The notes below the pieces were generated by a model. The model did not search any database, was not told where the DNA came from, and saw only the letters and a list, made by a program, of their open reading frames with translations. From positions 23,808,001 to 23,872,000 of the forward strand of contig NC_135905.1 in assembly GCF_964194155.1 (NCBI RefSeq): a stretch of 64,000 nt of DNA. Direction: 5' to 3'. Made by a program: the position numbers and the translations under genes. The stretch comes from Cetorhinus maximus (Eukaryota). Shown one piece after another: positions 37,951 to 51,535 of this stretch (positions within the stretch are counted from its first letter, which is position 1; the number at the start of each line of letters is the position of its first letter).

Positions 37951-39249
37951 GTATAAGTCTAATGTCTCTTAATCAGTTTTCTGAAGTAGATTAGCAAAGC
38001 TGGATTTCATAAAGGAGATAAATCTTCCATAATATATCCAAAATGAGGCGTTCTTGTTGTTTGTGTGCACCCAAGTAGAATAATCAGCCTGAGTGATTCA
38101 CTAATGTTAAATTCAATCAAACCTCTTAACACTTTTCCAAAAGCGAATGATTTGTAAACTAAGCTCTTTCAGTTGAGGATTTTTGCTACAACCCTGTCTC
38201 ACTGGGCTCGCAGCTATCTGTAGAGCCTGACAGGTCTCATTAGGAATACTCCCTGCAAGTCTAGTCAATGTGACTGTACCAAGCAAACCATTCAAAGTCC
38301 ATTTTTCATGAAGTTTCAGTTCATTATGGTTGTTTTTGTTGAAAACTGCTTGGAGAATTCTATTACTTGAGGATCACTCGCCTGTTCTGGGAGTTTACAT
38401 GATAGCAGGCCAGGTATGCAGTTCAATTTTGTTGTTTTCAGTTTGAAGAAATATTTCATCTACAAATGTTTATTCTTTTATTGCAAGGAAAATCTATACA
38501 CTAACTGGATTGACTCTTCTCATTCCTAAAATCTGCAACACCAGTAAGGGGTTTGGTTTACACTTAACAAAAATTATGGTTCAGCTCCTGGATTCCCCAC
38601 TCGATTCTCAATTTTGGCCAAGTGAAAGAAAAATGATGATACGAAAGTCAAGGCAAGCCAATACCTCTCTAGTGCACCTGGTGTTTGGCTAAACAGCAGT
38701 AGGATAGTGAGATTCATTCACTTTGCCTCCTGTCTTAGAGAATGATTCACGAGAGCTTGGCTAAGGTGGGAGAGTGGTTTGAAAATTATTTCAGACAAAT
38801 AAATAGAGCCCAGTTTCATCTGACCTCAATCACCTGGCCAATATTAGATAGAGAGAAGTGCAAACCAAGTCAAACACTTGGATTTTCTCCAATTGGCTGC
38901 AGTTGTAGGAAACAATTAAAACAACTTATGTGGCCAAGAAACACATTCATGCATCTGCACAGTGTCAAGCTTTGGAAAGCCTTTGAGACACATTTTCAGT
39001 CAGCAACAGCTGCACAAAATTTCATATAAACAGCTGAAAATTTATAAATTTCACCAATAAAATGTAAGAAACATTTTAACCCAACAAATGAAAGGTACGT
39101 CAAAACCTTTATGATAACTAAGTTACTTCCAAAATAGGTGTTTAGCCAGCACCATTAACCCAGAGAACGAGGCAGATAAAAACGGGAGTGAGCGCCAAAA
39201 GTGCTCAGTGGTTTCACATGATCGGTTTATCTTGTAGTTTTAGTTATTT

Positions 39250-40120
39250 GTGAAGAGGACATACGGAGGCTAAAAAGTGATATAGAGAGGTTGAGTGAGT
39301 AGGCAAAGATCTGGCAAATGGAGTATAATGTGGGCAACTGTGAAGTCGTTCATTTGGCAGGAAGAATGAAAACAATTACCTAAATGGTGAGAGATTGCAG
39401 AGCTCTGAGATTCAGAGGGATCTTGGTGTCCTAGTGCATGAACCACAAAAGGTTCATATGTAGGTACAGCAGGTAATTAGGAAAGCTAATAGAATGTTAT
39501 AATTTATTGTAAGGGGAATTGATTACAAAAGTAAGGAGGTTATGTTGCAGTTGTACAGGGCATTGGTGAGACCAGGTCTGGAGTACTGTGTACAGTACTG
39601 GTCTCCTTTTTTAAAGAAAGATGTAAATGCGTTAGCAGTTCAAAGAAGGTTTACTAGACTAATACCAGGAATGGGCCAGTTGTCTTATGAGGAAAGGCTG
39701 GACAGGTTAGGCTTGTATCCACTGAAATTTAGAAGAGTAAGAGGCAATTTAATTGAAACCTTTAAGATCCTGAGGGGTGTTGACAGGGTGGATGTGGGGA
39801 GGATGTTTCCTCTTGTGGGAGAATCTAGAACTAATGGTCACTCTTTAAAAATAAGGGGCGGCTCATTTAAGACAGGGAGGAGGGGAAATTTTTTCTCTCA
39901 GAGGTCAAAGAGTCTTTGAAACTCTCTTCCTCAGAAGGCGGTTGAAGCAGAGTGTTTGAATATTTTTAAGGCCGAGCTAGATAGATTCTTGATTAACAAG
40001 GGGATGAAAAGTTATTGGGGGTAGGCAGGAATGTGGGGTTAAGGTTACATTCAGATCAGCTATAATCTTATTGAATGGTGGAGCAGGCTCGACAGGCCAA
40101 GTGGCCTACCCCGGCTCATA
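39250..40120 (+). mobile_element. CR1 LINE 3' fragment
   Basis: ORF 39542-39919 (LYRALVRPGLEYCVQYWSP..VQRRFTRLIPG..RTNGHSLK) followed by a CR1 3'UTR. Confidence 0.9.
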
Positions 40121-40594
40121 AATCAGTTCTCAATGATTGATTAGTTCACATCCAATTGTTCCAGGTTTAAATGCAGTAATGCCCACTAATACTCATCTTG
40201 GTTTGATCAGGAGATCCATCAGCAAAGTCATATCTTACATTTTTCAACTTCACAAAGAAGTCATACAAAAGAAGTCACTCTCAGAATTTAGGTCCAAGAA
40301 TAGACATTTACTTTTACTTTGCAATATCATAGGGCGACGGGGGTGGGGGTTTGGGGTTGGGATTGGGAGTGGAGGGGTAGAGGAGAGAGGGAGAGTCAAT
40401 TAGCTAGCTTTTTACAGTTATTTTCTTCCCTTTTCTCTGTTCTCTCCTGGACACAGTTTCTTTGGCAGGGTGACCGGATTCAACTACTGAATCACTAAGT
40501 CCACAATTCTTGTAGATGGATGAAAGTAGCCTGGTGGCCCTCCATTATCTGAGAGAGATTTTCAGTTGGCAATCAATGTTTACATATTAAACTG

Positions 40595-40982
40595 AGCAGA
40601 CTATTCAGCCCCTCAAGCCTATTCTACCATTCAATCAAATCATGGCTGATCTGCACCTGAACTCCATTTTGATACCTTTGATCCATATCCTGTTATACCA
40701 TTACCCAACAAAATTCTATTGAACTCTATCCTGAAAATCTCAATTGACCCGGCATCCACAGCCTTCTAGGAAAGTGAGTTCCAGGTTTCTGCTAACCTTT
40801 CAGAGATTTCCTGATTTCAATTCTGAATGGTTTAACTATAACTTGAAGATCATATTTCCTTGCTCTGGATTCTCCCCCCAGGAAATAGTTTCTCTGTATC
40901 TACCCTATCAAATCACTTTATCATTTTAAAGACTATATTTTGATCACCTCAACCTCCAAAATTCGAGAATACAAACCGAGTT
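40595..40982 (-). mobile_element. Older CR1 3' fragment
   Basis: ttcagcccctcaagcct..ccattcaatcaaatcatggctgatct is the reverse CR1 3'UTR. More decayed CR1-like sequence follows at ~42300-42580. Confidence 0.6.
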
Positions 40983-41935
40983 TCATAGAATCACACAGTG
41001 CAGAAGAGGCCCTTCGGCCCAGCGAGTCTGCACCGACACATGAGAAACACCTGACCTACCTACCAAATCCCATTTACCAGCACTTGGTCCATAGCCTTGA
41101 ATGTTATGACGTGCCAAGTGCTCATCCAGGTGCTTGTTAAAGGATGTGAGGCAACCCACCTCCACCACCCTCCCAGGCAGCGCATTCCAGACCGTCACCA
41201 CCCTCTGGGTAAAAAGGTTTTTCCTCACATCCCCCCTAAACCTCCTGCCCCTCACCTCGAACTTGTGTCCCTTCCTGACTGACTCTTCAACTAAGGGGAA
41301 CAGCTGCTCCCTATCCACCCTGTCCATGCCCCTCATAATCTTGTACACCTCGATCAGGTCGCCTCGCAGTCTTCTCTGCTCCAACGAAAACAACCCAAGA
41401 CTATCCAACCTCTCTCTCCATAACTTAAATGTTTCATCCCAGGCAACATCCTGGTGAATATCCTCTGCACCCCCTCCAGTGCAATCACATCCTTCCTATA
41501 ATGAGGCGACCACAACTGCACACAGTACTCCAGCTGTGGTCTCACCAAGGTTCTATACAACTCCAACATGGTCTCCCTACTGTTGTAATCTATGCCTTGA
41601 TTGATAAAGGCAAGTGTCCCATATGCCTTTTTCACCACCCCACTAACATGCCCCTCCGCCTTCAGAGATCTATGGACACACACGCCAAGGTCTCTTTGTT
41701 CCTCAGAACATCCTAGTATCATGCCGTTCATTGAATATTTCCTTGTCAAATTACTCCTTCCAAAGTGTATCACCTCACACTTTTCAGGGTTAAATTTCAT
41801 CTGCCACTTATCTGCCTATTTGACCATCCCGTCTATATCTTCCTGTAGCCCAAAACACTCGACCTCACTGTTAACCACCCGGCCAATCTTTGTGTCATCC
41901 GCAAACTTATTAATCCTACCCCCCACATAGTCATA
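40983..41935 (-). mobile_element. Younger CR1 LINE 3' fragment
   Basis: ORFs 41354-41800 (FNPEKCEVIHFG..LYRTLVRPQLEYCVQLW) and 40983-41408 (LFSLEQRRLRGDLIEVYKIM..FTQRVVTVWNALP). Confidence 0.92.
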
Positions 41936-42259
41936 AATTGGTTGGCAGGAGTTGTTTTTTTCTCTGCTCCTCTCTTTTTAACTGAACTGGGACCTCTCCC
42001 AGTCCCCTCTCCTTTTGGGACTTCTCCTTGTCCAGGTCTCTTCTTCTCGATAGCGATTTGCTTCTGGTCACCTGGTCTGGGTTTGCTCACTGTTTTTCTT
42101 CTTGCACTGGCGCTCTAGGTCCAAAGAACATAAAAATGCCAATCTGCGCATGTGTACACCACTCCCAGACCGTGCATGCGCAAAAGCTCTGTGGTCTGTC
42201 AGGAGTTGAAGCTCCCGACCTCTGCTCTCAACGTTAAGGTAAGTTTGCCTTTCATAACA
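41936..42259 (-). mobile_element. Possible LTR fragment
   Basis: Minus strand begins TGTTATGAAAG, a terminus similar to the LTRs ending at 14937 and 59460. Truncated by the CR1 at 41935. Confidence 0.4.
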
Positions 42260-42624
42260 ACCTGTAAGCAGTTTTGCCCATTCCCCTTTGTAACTTCCAG
42301 CTACAGGACTTCATGCTTCCAAACTTTGGATATAGAACTTTCTATTCCTTCATCCAAGTCATTAATATCTATGATGAAACGTTGAGTATAGATCCCTGGG
42401 AAATAGCACTTATCACATCCCACCAGAGCGTATTTCATTTATCACTACTCTCTGACTCATATCTCCCAACCAATTGCCAACCCATGTCACAAGGTTAACT
42501 CCAATTCCATGCACTTTCATCTTTTCCTAATAGTCTCTTTTGTGGAAGCTTATCAAGTGTCTTCATGAAGCCCAAATTGACAACATATAGGCACCAACCA
42601 CAGAAACTCCCCATTGACCACTAA

Positions 42625-42750
42625 TACAAAAGCAAAATACTGCAGATCCTACAAATCCAAAATAAAACAAAAAATGCTGGAAATACTCAACAGGTCAGGC
42701 AGCATCTGTGGAGAGAGAAACAAAGTTAATGTTTCAGGTCTGTGACCGTC
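42625..42750 (-). mobile_element. Penelope-like terminal repeat fragment
   Basis: aaaagcaaaatactgcagat...atgctggaaatactcaacaggtcaggcagcatctgtggagagag..gttaatgtttcaggtc. Confidence 0.7.
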
Positions 42751-44829
42751 TATCCTTCCCTTTCTCATTTGATTTTCTTTGACTGTAGCCATGGCCAGTT
42801 GTTGTTCTTATCATGTTTTTCATCTGCGTTAGTTACATAAATGTAGAAACCCAATGGAAACTGGGTAAGTTCAGAGATGACACTAAATTTGGGAGCAATG
42901 GAGAGGCGCAAAACAGTCCAGAACATTATGAGTAGGATAAAGCTTGAAATTGCCCAAACAAGATAAATATAAGCTTAGCCCAGAAATTAATGTCAAAGTA
43001 ATGGCTAAGCTTAATAGCGCTCAACATTATTCCCATGCAAATAACACACAGCAACTTCAGGCATGGGCAAACAAGGGAATAACACAGAAATCAAGTTACT
43101 GCCTGGCTTCCTATTCAAATAAGCTGTAAGTGTAAAGTTGGTGCATTTGCGCGATGGATACAAAGTAAATTTGCCATTTCAATTCCGAGTACCTGCTTAA
43201 CAATCTGTTAAGTGTTAATTACTGCCAGCCAACCTCTCTGGCACTGAAAATTAACTATCACATATGTGGAGTCCCATTTGTCTGGATTTCAACTGTTGGA
43301 ATTTTAAAAAATGTTTACATTTTTTCCTTATTTTTGTCTCTCTCTTTATTCAGTCTTTCTTCCCTTCCCTTTATTTATTTTTCTGTACCTGATTTTACAT
43401 TGATATTTGCTCCTGAAAAATATGCTTTCACAAAAGCAGGCCCAGTATCACAATTTTACCCAGTGTGGACAATGTATCATATATTGATGGGCCTTTTTTG
43501 CAACCGTGTACATCTATCAAAATAAAGCCTTCATTAGCAGTAGATTGAGATGTCAGTGAGTCAGTAGATCCAGAGGCACCTGACGGTAACAAAAATGTTG
43601 TCTATGAAGTACCTTGTGATTGGTTTGGTTCTTCCTGTCAAGAGACCACAGAAAAGTATTTAAAGTTAAATCTCTCCACGCACCCCGCACCCCACCCATC
43701 ACCCTGCCATAAAATGCAACTCCCTTTGCTTCAACATCTTCTCAACAAAATTAATGCTTGAAACTCAGTGGCTCACAAGACTACATGAATAAACTCACCT
43801 CTCATCACCACTGCTCACAAACAGCTTTACCAATTCAATCTATGTAACTTCACAACCACATCTATTAATGCTATAACATGGCAAATTGTGAGCAGTGAAT
43901 GTGACCTTCACTGTTATCAGAACTTCGTGTCAAAAAATGAGTTTCTTCAAACAGTTTTATCACAACATGATAAACTGCTCAATCTAATTACAGAGGCACC
44001 CAAAGCAACAACTTAATTTATCACATTGCAGTGGTGACTGTGCTGCAAGATAACACAGACTGTTTCTCCAGTCACTGTAACAAATGACATTTCATGTTAT
44101 CTTTTCTCTCTCCTCTGTCAGATAGTTTACTCCCATCCTTTTTGAAGCAGTTCTGAAGAATTTATGCAATGAAAATAAAAATGCTAAAATTCTAGAGTAA
44201 GAATCAGCAGCATCCGTTTCTTATAGAATAACATGCGCAATATAAAAATCTAACTGTGTGTGTTTTTCAGCTCTAACCCAAAACACAACAGAATCCAGAT
44301 TGTCCTGTTCTATAGGAAACATTGCTGAACTTTGTAGTTGAACATATTGTTCTGTAACTGTGCACTTGATTCAGTCTTTTACACTAGTTTTACATGACAG
44401 TCACTTTCATTGGAAGAGGTTTCATAACAGATGCCAGTTTCATTGAGGCAACAGTGGAACACTTGCCTAGTCACAATTTCTAAACAGCTATATCTAAAAT
44501 GGCAAAATTATATTACTGCTTTATATGGACAAGCTGGGAACTCAACCAAGCAGATGTCAGAACCAGAATAACTGACAAAGCAGAAGTGGCTCAGGGGTTT
44601 ACCACTCCCTGTCCTACCTGATGTCAAACCTGTGATCTTCATGGTCAGTATGGCTCAGTCACTCCTTGCAATTAAACAGTTGAGCAATTGGAGGAACACT
44701 TCCATGAATAACCTGGTCTCACCCAAATGTCTGGCTGAATATGTAACTATGCTTCATTAAAATTAAACTATGTTAATTTGGTCCCTGTGGAACTGTTAGT
44801 TAATGACATTCAGGTCCTAGCTCTTGCTG

Positions 44830-45065
44830 TTTTTATTTATATTTGTTCTCTTGACATGGGCAAATCTACATTATTGCCCATACCTTGTTACCTTGAGAAG
44901 CTGCCAGTGATGGTGCACCTTCTTGAACTGCTGCCGTCTTTGTGGTGATCAGGCTCCCACATGGTGTAAGGTAGGGAATTGCAAGATAATAAACCAAAGA
45001 TGAAGACACAGTGATGCATGTCCAAGTTAGGGTGGTGTGCGAGTTTGAGACAATGGTCTTCTGAT
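44830..45065 (-). mobile_element. Family A-like LINE 3' end, heavily decayed
   Basis: ttattgccca..ccttgagaag..cttcttgaactgctgc..tagggaattgcaagat resembles 7890-8060. Confidence 0.5.
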
Positions 45066-45354
45066 GACTGCATTAACCAGCAACCATATTCATTTAACAT
45101 TTTAAGTCTTTAATTGATATTTCATGTCTATAATTGATACTTTTAGCTTCTAAATCAACCAGATTTTTTCTGATGCTATATTAAGTTTTGGGGAGGTAAC
45201 CCATGAAACAAAAAAAGTAATAAGCAAAACAGAAAGACAAAAAAGTATAGCGAAAATGTAAGAACAAACAAGAGAGACATGGGGCAAGTTGCCCATTGAC
45301 CAATGAAGCTCAAGTCAACAAACTGTCACAAAGGAGAATGAAAAAAAGGAAGAA

Positions 45355-45570
45355 TAAGAAATGTATTTATTTGAAGCCTTTCATGGCCCTCCGATGTCAC
45401 AAAGGGCTTCACAACCAGTTAAGTACTTTTGAAGTGCTGTCACTGCTGCACTGTAGGGGAACATGACTGCCAATGTCCACAGCAAGCTCCCACAAACAGG
45501 TGTGAAATTAAAGACCAGTGAATGTGTTTTTGTAGATTTGGTTGGTAGATATATAGATTGCCCAGGACAC
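45355..45570 (-). mobile_element. Deu-domain SINE fragment
   Basis: gtacttttgaagtgctgtcactg..agcaagctcccacaaacag..ttggttg..ccaggacac, homologous to 53560-53780. Confidence 0.6.
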
Positions 45571-46208
45571 AGCATACTTTTATGTTGAAATCATATCCAC
45601 AGGGGCTAAAATAGGACATTTTAATGCTGAAAAAGCACGAAAATATATTTAACTGAGTTTATTATGCAGTTATGCAAAATGCATTCAAGTGTTGAGGCTT
45701 TGTGATTTATGTAGGAATTTGATAAGAAACAGAGTTTCCTGCAAAGTACAGAGAAGTTTCTTTGAAACCCACTTAAGATTCATATTGCTTTTTACCTCAA
45801 CAATCATCGTCAGCATGACAGGGAAAGAAATATGTAAGACGAAGTTCAGATCTTTTGAATGCAGAATCAGTCTGCACAGGGATGTGCCTCGAATGTAACA
45901 ATCAAGGCACAAGTTAGCTTTCCAGCTCTTCAGAATCAATAGTTCAAAAGGGAAAGAACAAAATAACTTTAAAGGTTGCAGAATTTTAGCAAAAACAAAG
46001 ATTTGCATCAACTGCTGAGTTAACTAGTAAGGAAGTGATGATCCAGAGCCCTACAGAAAATCCAACTGTCCTTTTTTTCCTTTTACCCCAAGATTAAAAA
46101 TCTATCAATTGGAGAGGAGAGTGCAAGAGGGGGATCCTGGGACAGGCAACAGCACCTAGAGGATTTAGTCTATCTACTCAAGTAGGAGTAAGAGTAAAAT
46201 AAAAGCAA

Positions 46209-49200
46209 GTGCCCCATACTCTATTTAGTTCAGATATGTCTGGGGAGCTCAGTCCCATGATTTGCACAACCAAGGCTATGTGGGAAATCCTAGACGCTCC
46301 TGGTGGTCTGGATGACCATGCTTGCAGGTGCCTCTGGCTGGAGCAACTCGAGCTCCAAGTTTTGGAGCTTGACCGGCAGTTGGGGGCACTACAGTGCATT
46401 CACGTAGCTGAGTGGTTCGTGGATAGCATGTTTCAGGACGTGGTCACCCCACACCTTAAGGAAGTGCAAGCAGAGAAGGAATGGGCGACCGCCAGACAGA
46501 AGAAGGGGACCAGGCAGGTAGTGAGGGAATCCCCTGATTGCATCTCGCTTACAGACCGTTTTTCGGCCTTGGAAAATGGTAAAAGTGACGGTTCCTCTGT
46601 GGAGGCCAACCAGAGCCAAGGCCATGGCACTGTGGGTGGTCCAGCTGCTCAGTGGGGGAGGAAGAAGTGTGGAAGGGCAATAATGGTAGGGGATTCATTA
46701 GTGAGCGGGGTAGACAGGCACTTCTGCGGCCACAGACATGACTCCAGGATGGTATGTTGCCTCCTGGGTGCCAGGGTCAAGGATGTCACGGAACAACTGC
46801 AGGGCATTCTGAGGATGGGGGGGTGAACAGCCAGAGGTTGTGGCCCATGTTGGGACCAATGACAAAGGAAGAAAGAGAAAGGAGGTCCTGCAAGCAGACT
46901 TTAGGGAGTTAGGTAGGAAATTGAAAAGCAGGACTTCAAAAGGTAGTAATCTCCGGATTACTCCCAGTGCCACGCAGTGGAGAGTATAGGAACAGAAGGA
47001 TAGAGCAGATGAATGCATGGCTGGAGAGGTGGTACAGGAGGGAGGGCTTTAGATTCTTGGGGCATTGGGACCGTTTCTGAGGGTAAAAATTGGACGGGTT
47101 ACATCTGAATAGGAACGGGGCCAATATCCTCATGGAGCGATTTGCTAATGCTGTTGGGGTGGATTTAAACTGAATTGGCAGGGTGATGGGATCCTGAAAA
47201 GTAGTTCAGAGGGGAGAGAAGCGGAGATAGAATTAGAAGTTAAAAAGCTAGTAAGTCTGGAAGGCAGTGGAAACATAGGCTAGATAAGAAAGAAGTGAAT
47301 TTAGCAAGGCTAAATGGAATATATTTTAATGCAAGGAGCTTGAAGAATAAAACAGATGAGCTGAGGGGACAGATAGGCACATGGGAGCATGATATCATAG
47401 CTTTGACCGAGACTTCGCTCAAAGGGCAGGATTGGCAGCTCAACATTCCTGGTTATAGGGTATTCAGACGAGATATAGAGGGGGATAGAAGAGGTGGGGG
47501 GGGTCGCAGTATTGATCAAGGAATCAATTATAGCAGTGAGGAGGCATGGTATCTTGGAAGGATTATCAAATGAGGCCATATGGGTAGAAATAAGAAACAC
47601 AAAAGGGGCAAACATGCTGTTGGGTGTGTACTACATGTCCCCAAACAGTCAGGGAGAGATAGAGGATCAAATATTTAATCAAATTTCAGAGCTGTTAAGA
47701 ATACTAAGACAGTAAAGTAGGGGATTTTAACTCCCCAAATATTAAATGTTTCAGTGTGCAAGGTAGGGCGGAAGCAAATTCTTAAGCTGCATCCAGGAGA
47801 ACTTTTATAGCTAGTACATAGAAAGCCCAACAAGGGAGGGGGTAGTTCTGGCCCTAATATTCAGAAATGAGCCCGAGCAGTTGGAAGGCATATCAGTAGG
47901 GGAGCATTTTGGAGACAGTGACCATAACTCAGTTAGACTTAGGATAGTTATGGAAAAAAAGGGAGAAAAGGGATAGACCAGGAAATTACAGGCCAGTCAG
48001 TCTAACCTCGGTGGTGGGAAAGTTACTGGAAAGAATTCTGAGGGACAGAATATATCTGCACTTGGAAAAACATGGATTAATCAGGAATAGTCAACATGGA
48101 TTTAAGGGAAGGTCGTGTATGAAAAATTTGATTGAATTTTTTGAGGTGGTAACCAGGAGTGTTGATGAGCGTAATGCATTTGATGTGTTCTACATAAACT
48201 TTAGCAAGGCTTTTGATAAGGTCCCTCATGGCAGACTGGTCAAGAAAGTAAGAGCCCATGGGATCTAAGGCAAAGTGGCACGTTGGATCCAAAATTGTCT
48301 AAGAGGCAGGAAGCAGAGGGTGATGGTAGACAGATGTTTCTGTGACTGGAAGTCTGTTTCCAGTGGGGTTCTGCAGGGCTCGGTACTGGGGCCCTTGCTG
48401 TTTGTGGTGTACATAAATGATTTGGGCTTAAACGTAGGGGATATGATCAAGAAGTTTACACATGACACAAAAATTGGTAGGGTGGTAAAAAATGAGGAGG
48501 ATAGCCGTAAACTGCAGGAGAATATCAATGGACTGGTCAGGTGGGCAGAGCAGCAGCAAATGGAATTCAACCCTGAAAAGTGTAAGGTAATGCACTTGGG
48601 GAGGGCTAACAAGGCAAGGGATTATACTATGAATGGTAGGACCCTGGAAAGTATTGAAGATTAGAGGGACCCTGGTGTGCATATCCAGAGTTCCCTGAAG
48701 GTAGCAGGGCAGGCAGATAAGGTGGTTAAGAAGGTATATGGGATACTTGCTTTTATTAGCCGAGGCACAGAATACAAAAGCAGGGAGGTTATGCTGGAAC
48801 TGTATAAAACGCTGGTTAGGCCACAACTGGAGTACTGCGTGCAGTTCTGGTCACATTATAGGAAGGATGTGATTGCACTGGAGAGGGTGCAGAGGAGATT
48901 TACCAGGATGCTGCCTGGGGTGGAGGGTCTGAGCTTTGAGGAAAGATTGGATAGGCTGGGGCTGTTTTCCTTGGAGCAGTGAAGGTTGAGAGGGGACCTG
49001 ATGGAGGTGTATAATATTATGAGGGACATAGATAGGGTGGATAGGAAGGCAATTTTTCCATTAGTAGAGGGGTCAATAACCAGGGGGCATAGATTTAAGC
49101 TAAGAAATAGAAGGCTAACAGGGGAGTTGAGGAGAAATTTCTTCACCCAGAGGGTGGTGCAAGTCCGGAGCTCTCTGTCTGAAAAGGTGATTCAATCAGG

Positions 49201-49362
49201 AACTCCCGTAACATTTATGAAGTATTTAGGTATTCACTTGCGTTGTCATAGCCTCCAGGGCCAAGGGCTGGAAAATGGGATTAGTGTAGTCAGATCTTTG
49301 TTGACCAGCGTGGACATGATGGGCCGAATGGCCACCTTGTGTGTTGTAAACGTCTAAGAGTC
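46209..49362 (+). mobile_element. Near full-length classical CR1 LINE (ORF1 zinc finger plus SGNH esterase; ORF2 APE-RT with internal deletion), decayed
   Basis: ORF1 46209-47170 (Cys-rich N-terminus, MVGDSLV, CCLLGARVKDV, HVGTND, VVISGLLPVP). APE 47295-47950 (YFNARSL, IALTET, GDSDHN). RT 47975-49000 (NYRPVSL, QHGF, FSKAFDKVPH, QGSVLGPLLF). 3'UTR to ~49360. Confidence 0.93.
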
Positions 49363-49884
49363 TAAAATATAAGATCAGCTGGAACACTTCATCACTTTTA
49401 ATGCAAAACTTTCACTTTTTTTTTTACAGGCAGGGGGTGATGGTGGGGGTGGTGGTGGGAAGCATGTACCACTGATTTGTGCTTTCAATATTCAAATTGT
49501 CCCCTCAGGCTTTGGGGTAATAACTTCCTCCCTTCCAAAAAACAAGTAAAGGAGCATTGGTTATACCTACAGCTCAAGTTCCAAAGCCTATGTTACATCT
49601 GTTTCTCTTTTATATTTGGTTTACAAATCAGTGCCATTCTTGAACTGTCAGCTTTTCAGGATATGTTTCAGCTGTTCTTGAAATTACTGGTCCAATTTAG
49701 CAAGCTTTCTATGTTGGCAAATCTGGACCTGTCAGAAGTATTGAATAGACTTCAGTCTCACCTGTCGAGCAATATTGAAACTGAATGCTGTGATATCAAT
49801 AGGACTACAATCAGCTTTATACCAAATCCTTTCAGTTAGTTTTAGATGCTTTCATCAAAAAGCAGCACAATGTTTCACACTTCA

Positions 49885-50019
49885 TAAATAAAAACAAAAA
49901 ACTACTGCGGATGCTGGAAATCCAAAACAAAAACAGAATTACCTGGAAAAACTCAGCAGGTCTGGCAGCATCGGTGGAGAAGAAAAGAGTCGACGTTTCG
50001 GGTCCACATGACCCTTCAA
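49885..50019 (-). mobile_element. Penelope-like terminal repeat fragment with hammerhead-like stem
   Basis: Reverse strand reads TTGAA-GGGTC-ATGTG-GACCC-GAAAC-GTCGAC-TC followed by the same terminal repeat as 33025-33130. Confidence 0.75.
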
Positions 50020-50345
50020 GGGCCTATCTCTCTGATCGCCTCCAACCTCACAACCCTCCAAGATATCTGTACTCCTCTAACTTCAGGTCTCTTGAACATT
50101 CCTAATTTTAATAATTCCACCGTTGGTGGCCATGCCTTCAGCTGAACTCTGGAATTACCTTCTGACACCTCTCCACCAGTCTACATTGCTTCCTCCTTTA
50201 AGACACTTGTTAAAGCATACAAGCTGATTGTCATCTGATCAAATATCTCATGTGACTTGGTGTCACATTTTGTTTTACAATGCTCCTGTGAAGCACCTTG
50301 GGATGTTTTGTTACATTACAGGCATTCTATAAATATGTTGTTGTT
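50020..50345 (+). mobile_element. L2 LINE 3' fragment
   Basis: cctatctctctgatcgcctccaacc..ggtggccatgccttcagctg..ctctggaatt..gtgaagcaccttgggatg..ctataaat, similar to 31590-31865. Confidence 0.7.
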
Positions 50346-50984
50346 GGTCAGTAAAAGTTTAAGCCTAGCACTGCCTTCCTCGATAAACAGCTCTTTTAGT
50401 TTGTCCACGTGTGGTTTTGATTGGAAAGTGGCCTCATTAATGGACTGTGTGAGAAAAGCTGCCTCCTGGATCCATTAACCTCTGTGAAATCATTACACTG
50501 TCATAAAACATTACGATACATCACTCCAACAATGTCAATCCCCATGTGAAGCATCCTGCAGTGTTGAGGAACATTATTGTCACAATTCAGGAACTAATCC
50601 AAGTCCTCCAAGCTGTTCTCTTCCCGTGCGGCAAAAAAGAATGTCCAATGCTCTACAAATGTACGAGATTCAGAAATGGCCAGTGAACAGCTATACCAAG
50701 CAAGTTCTTGATAGTTCTAAATTCAAAGTTCATCAATATTCAGATAACTGTACAAAATAACAAAATAATTGCCTTCCATCACTGTGTACTAAGAGCTCCT
50801 CACAGAATCAAGGAACGAGCGCTCTCATGTTCTCTCTCAGTCTGAATTTAATGTATTTTGCATGCCAATTGGAAACACCCCTTTGGTCTTCACCAGTACA
50901 CTAGTAATCCCTTTGATTAAAAGTTGAATTATTCAGCTTTATTTCAGTTCATATTTGCTTTTGGGCTACCTTGAAGATTCATAT

Positions 50985-51535
50985 CCCAGACAATCCTGAG
51001 CTTCTGGTTGCTTGCCATTTCAATTCGCCATCTTGCTCTCAGCTTACATTTCTGTCCTTGATCTGCTGCAAGTGTTCCAGCAAAGCTCGATGTAAGCTCG
51101 AGGAACAGCACTCTTCTTCCAATGAGGCACTTTACAGCCTTCTGGACTCAACATTGAGTTCAACAATTTTAGAACATGAAATTTATTTTGATTATGTTTT
51201 TCTGCCATGTGCCAGTCTGAATCATGTTTTTGCTTTCAAACAGAGGTGTTCATTATTCTGCAATTCATACTTACTATGGACTAATGTTTCTTTACTACAA
51301 CCATTACCACTCCCTTTGGCCTTTCATCTTTGTAATTTAATCTCTCACATCATCTACTCTATCCCAGATCTTCCCTTTTGTTCTTCCTGCCCTTCCCACT
51401 TTCAATAACATAAAGGCCATCACATTTCTATCTTCTGTCAGTCCTGAAAGTCATATGGCAACTCGAAACTCTGTTTCTCTCTCTACAGATGCTGCCACAC
51501 CTGTTGAGTATTTCCAGCATTTTATGTTTTTATTC
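50985..51535 (+). mobile_element. Penelope-like element 3' fragment
   Basis: Translates PELLVACHFNSPSCS..RCKLEEQH (GIY-YIG C-terminus, frameshifted), followed by the terminal repeat ...actcgaaac..cagatgctgcc..gagtatttccagcat. Confidence 0.8.

Noticed and set aside
38113-38460. Minus-strand open frames (..LNGLLGTVTLTRLAGSIPNETC..) as a host exon
   Set aside because: No convincing acceptor/donor pair and no recognisable homology.
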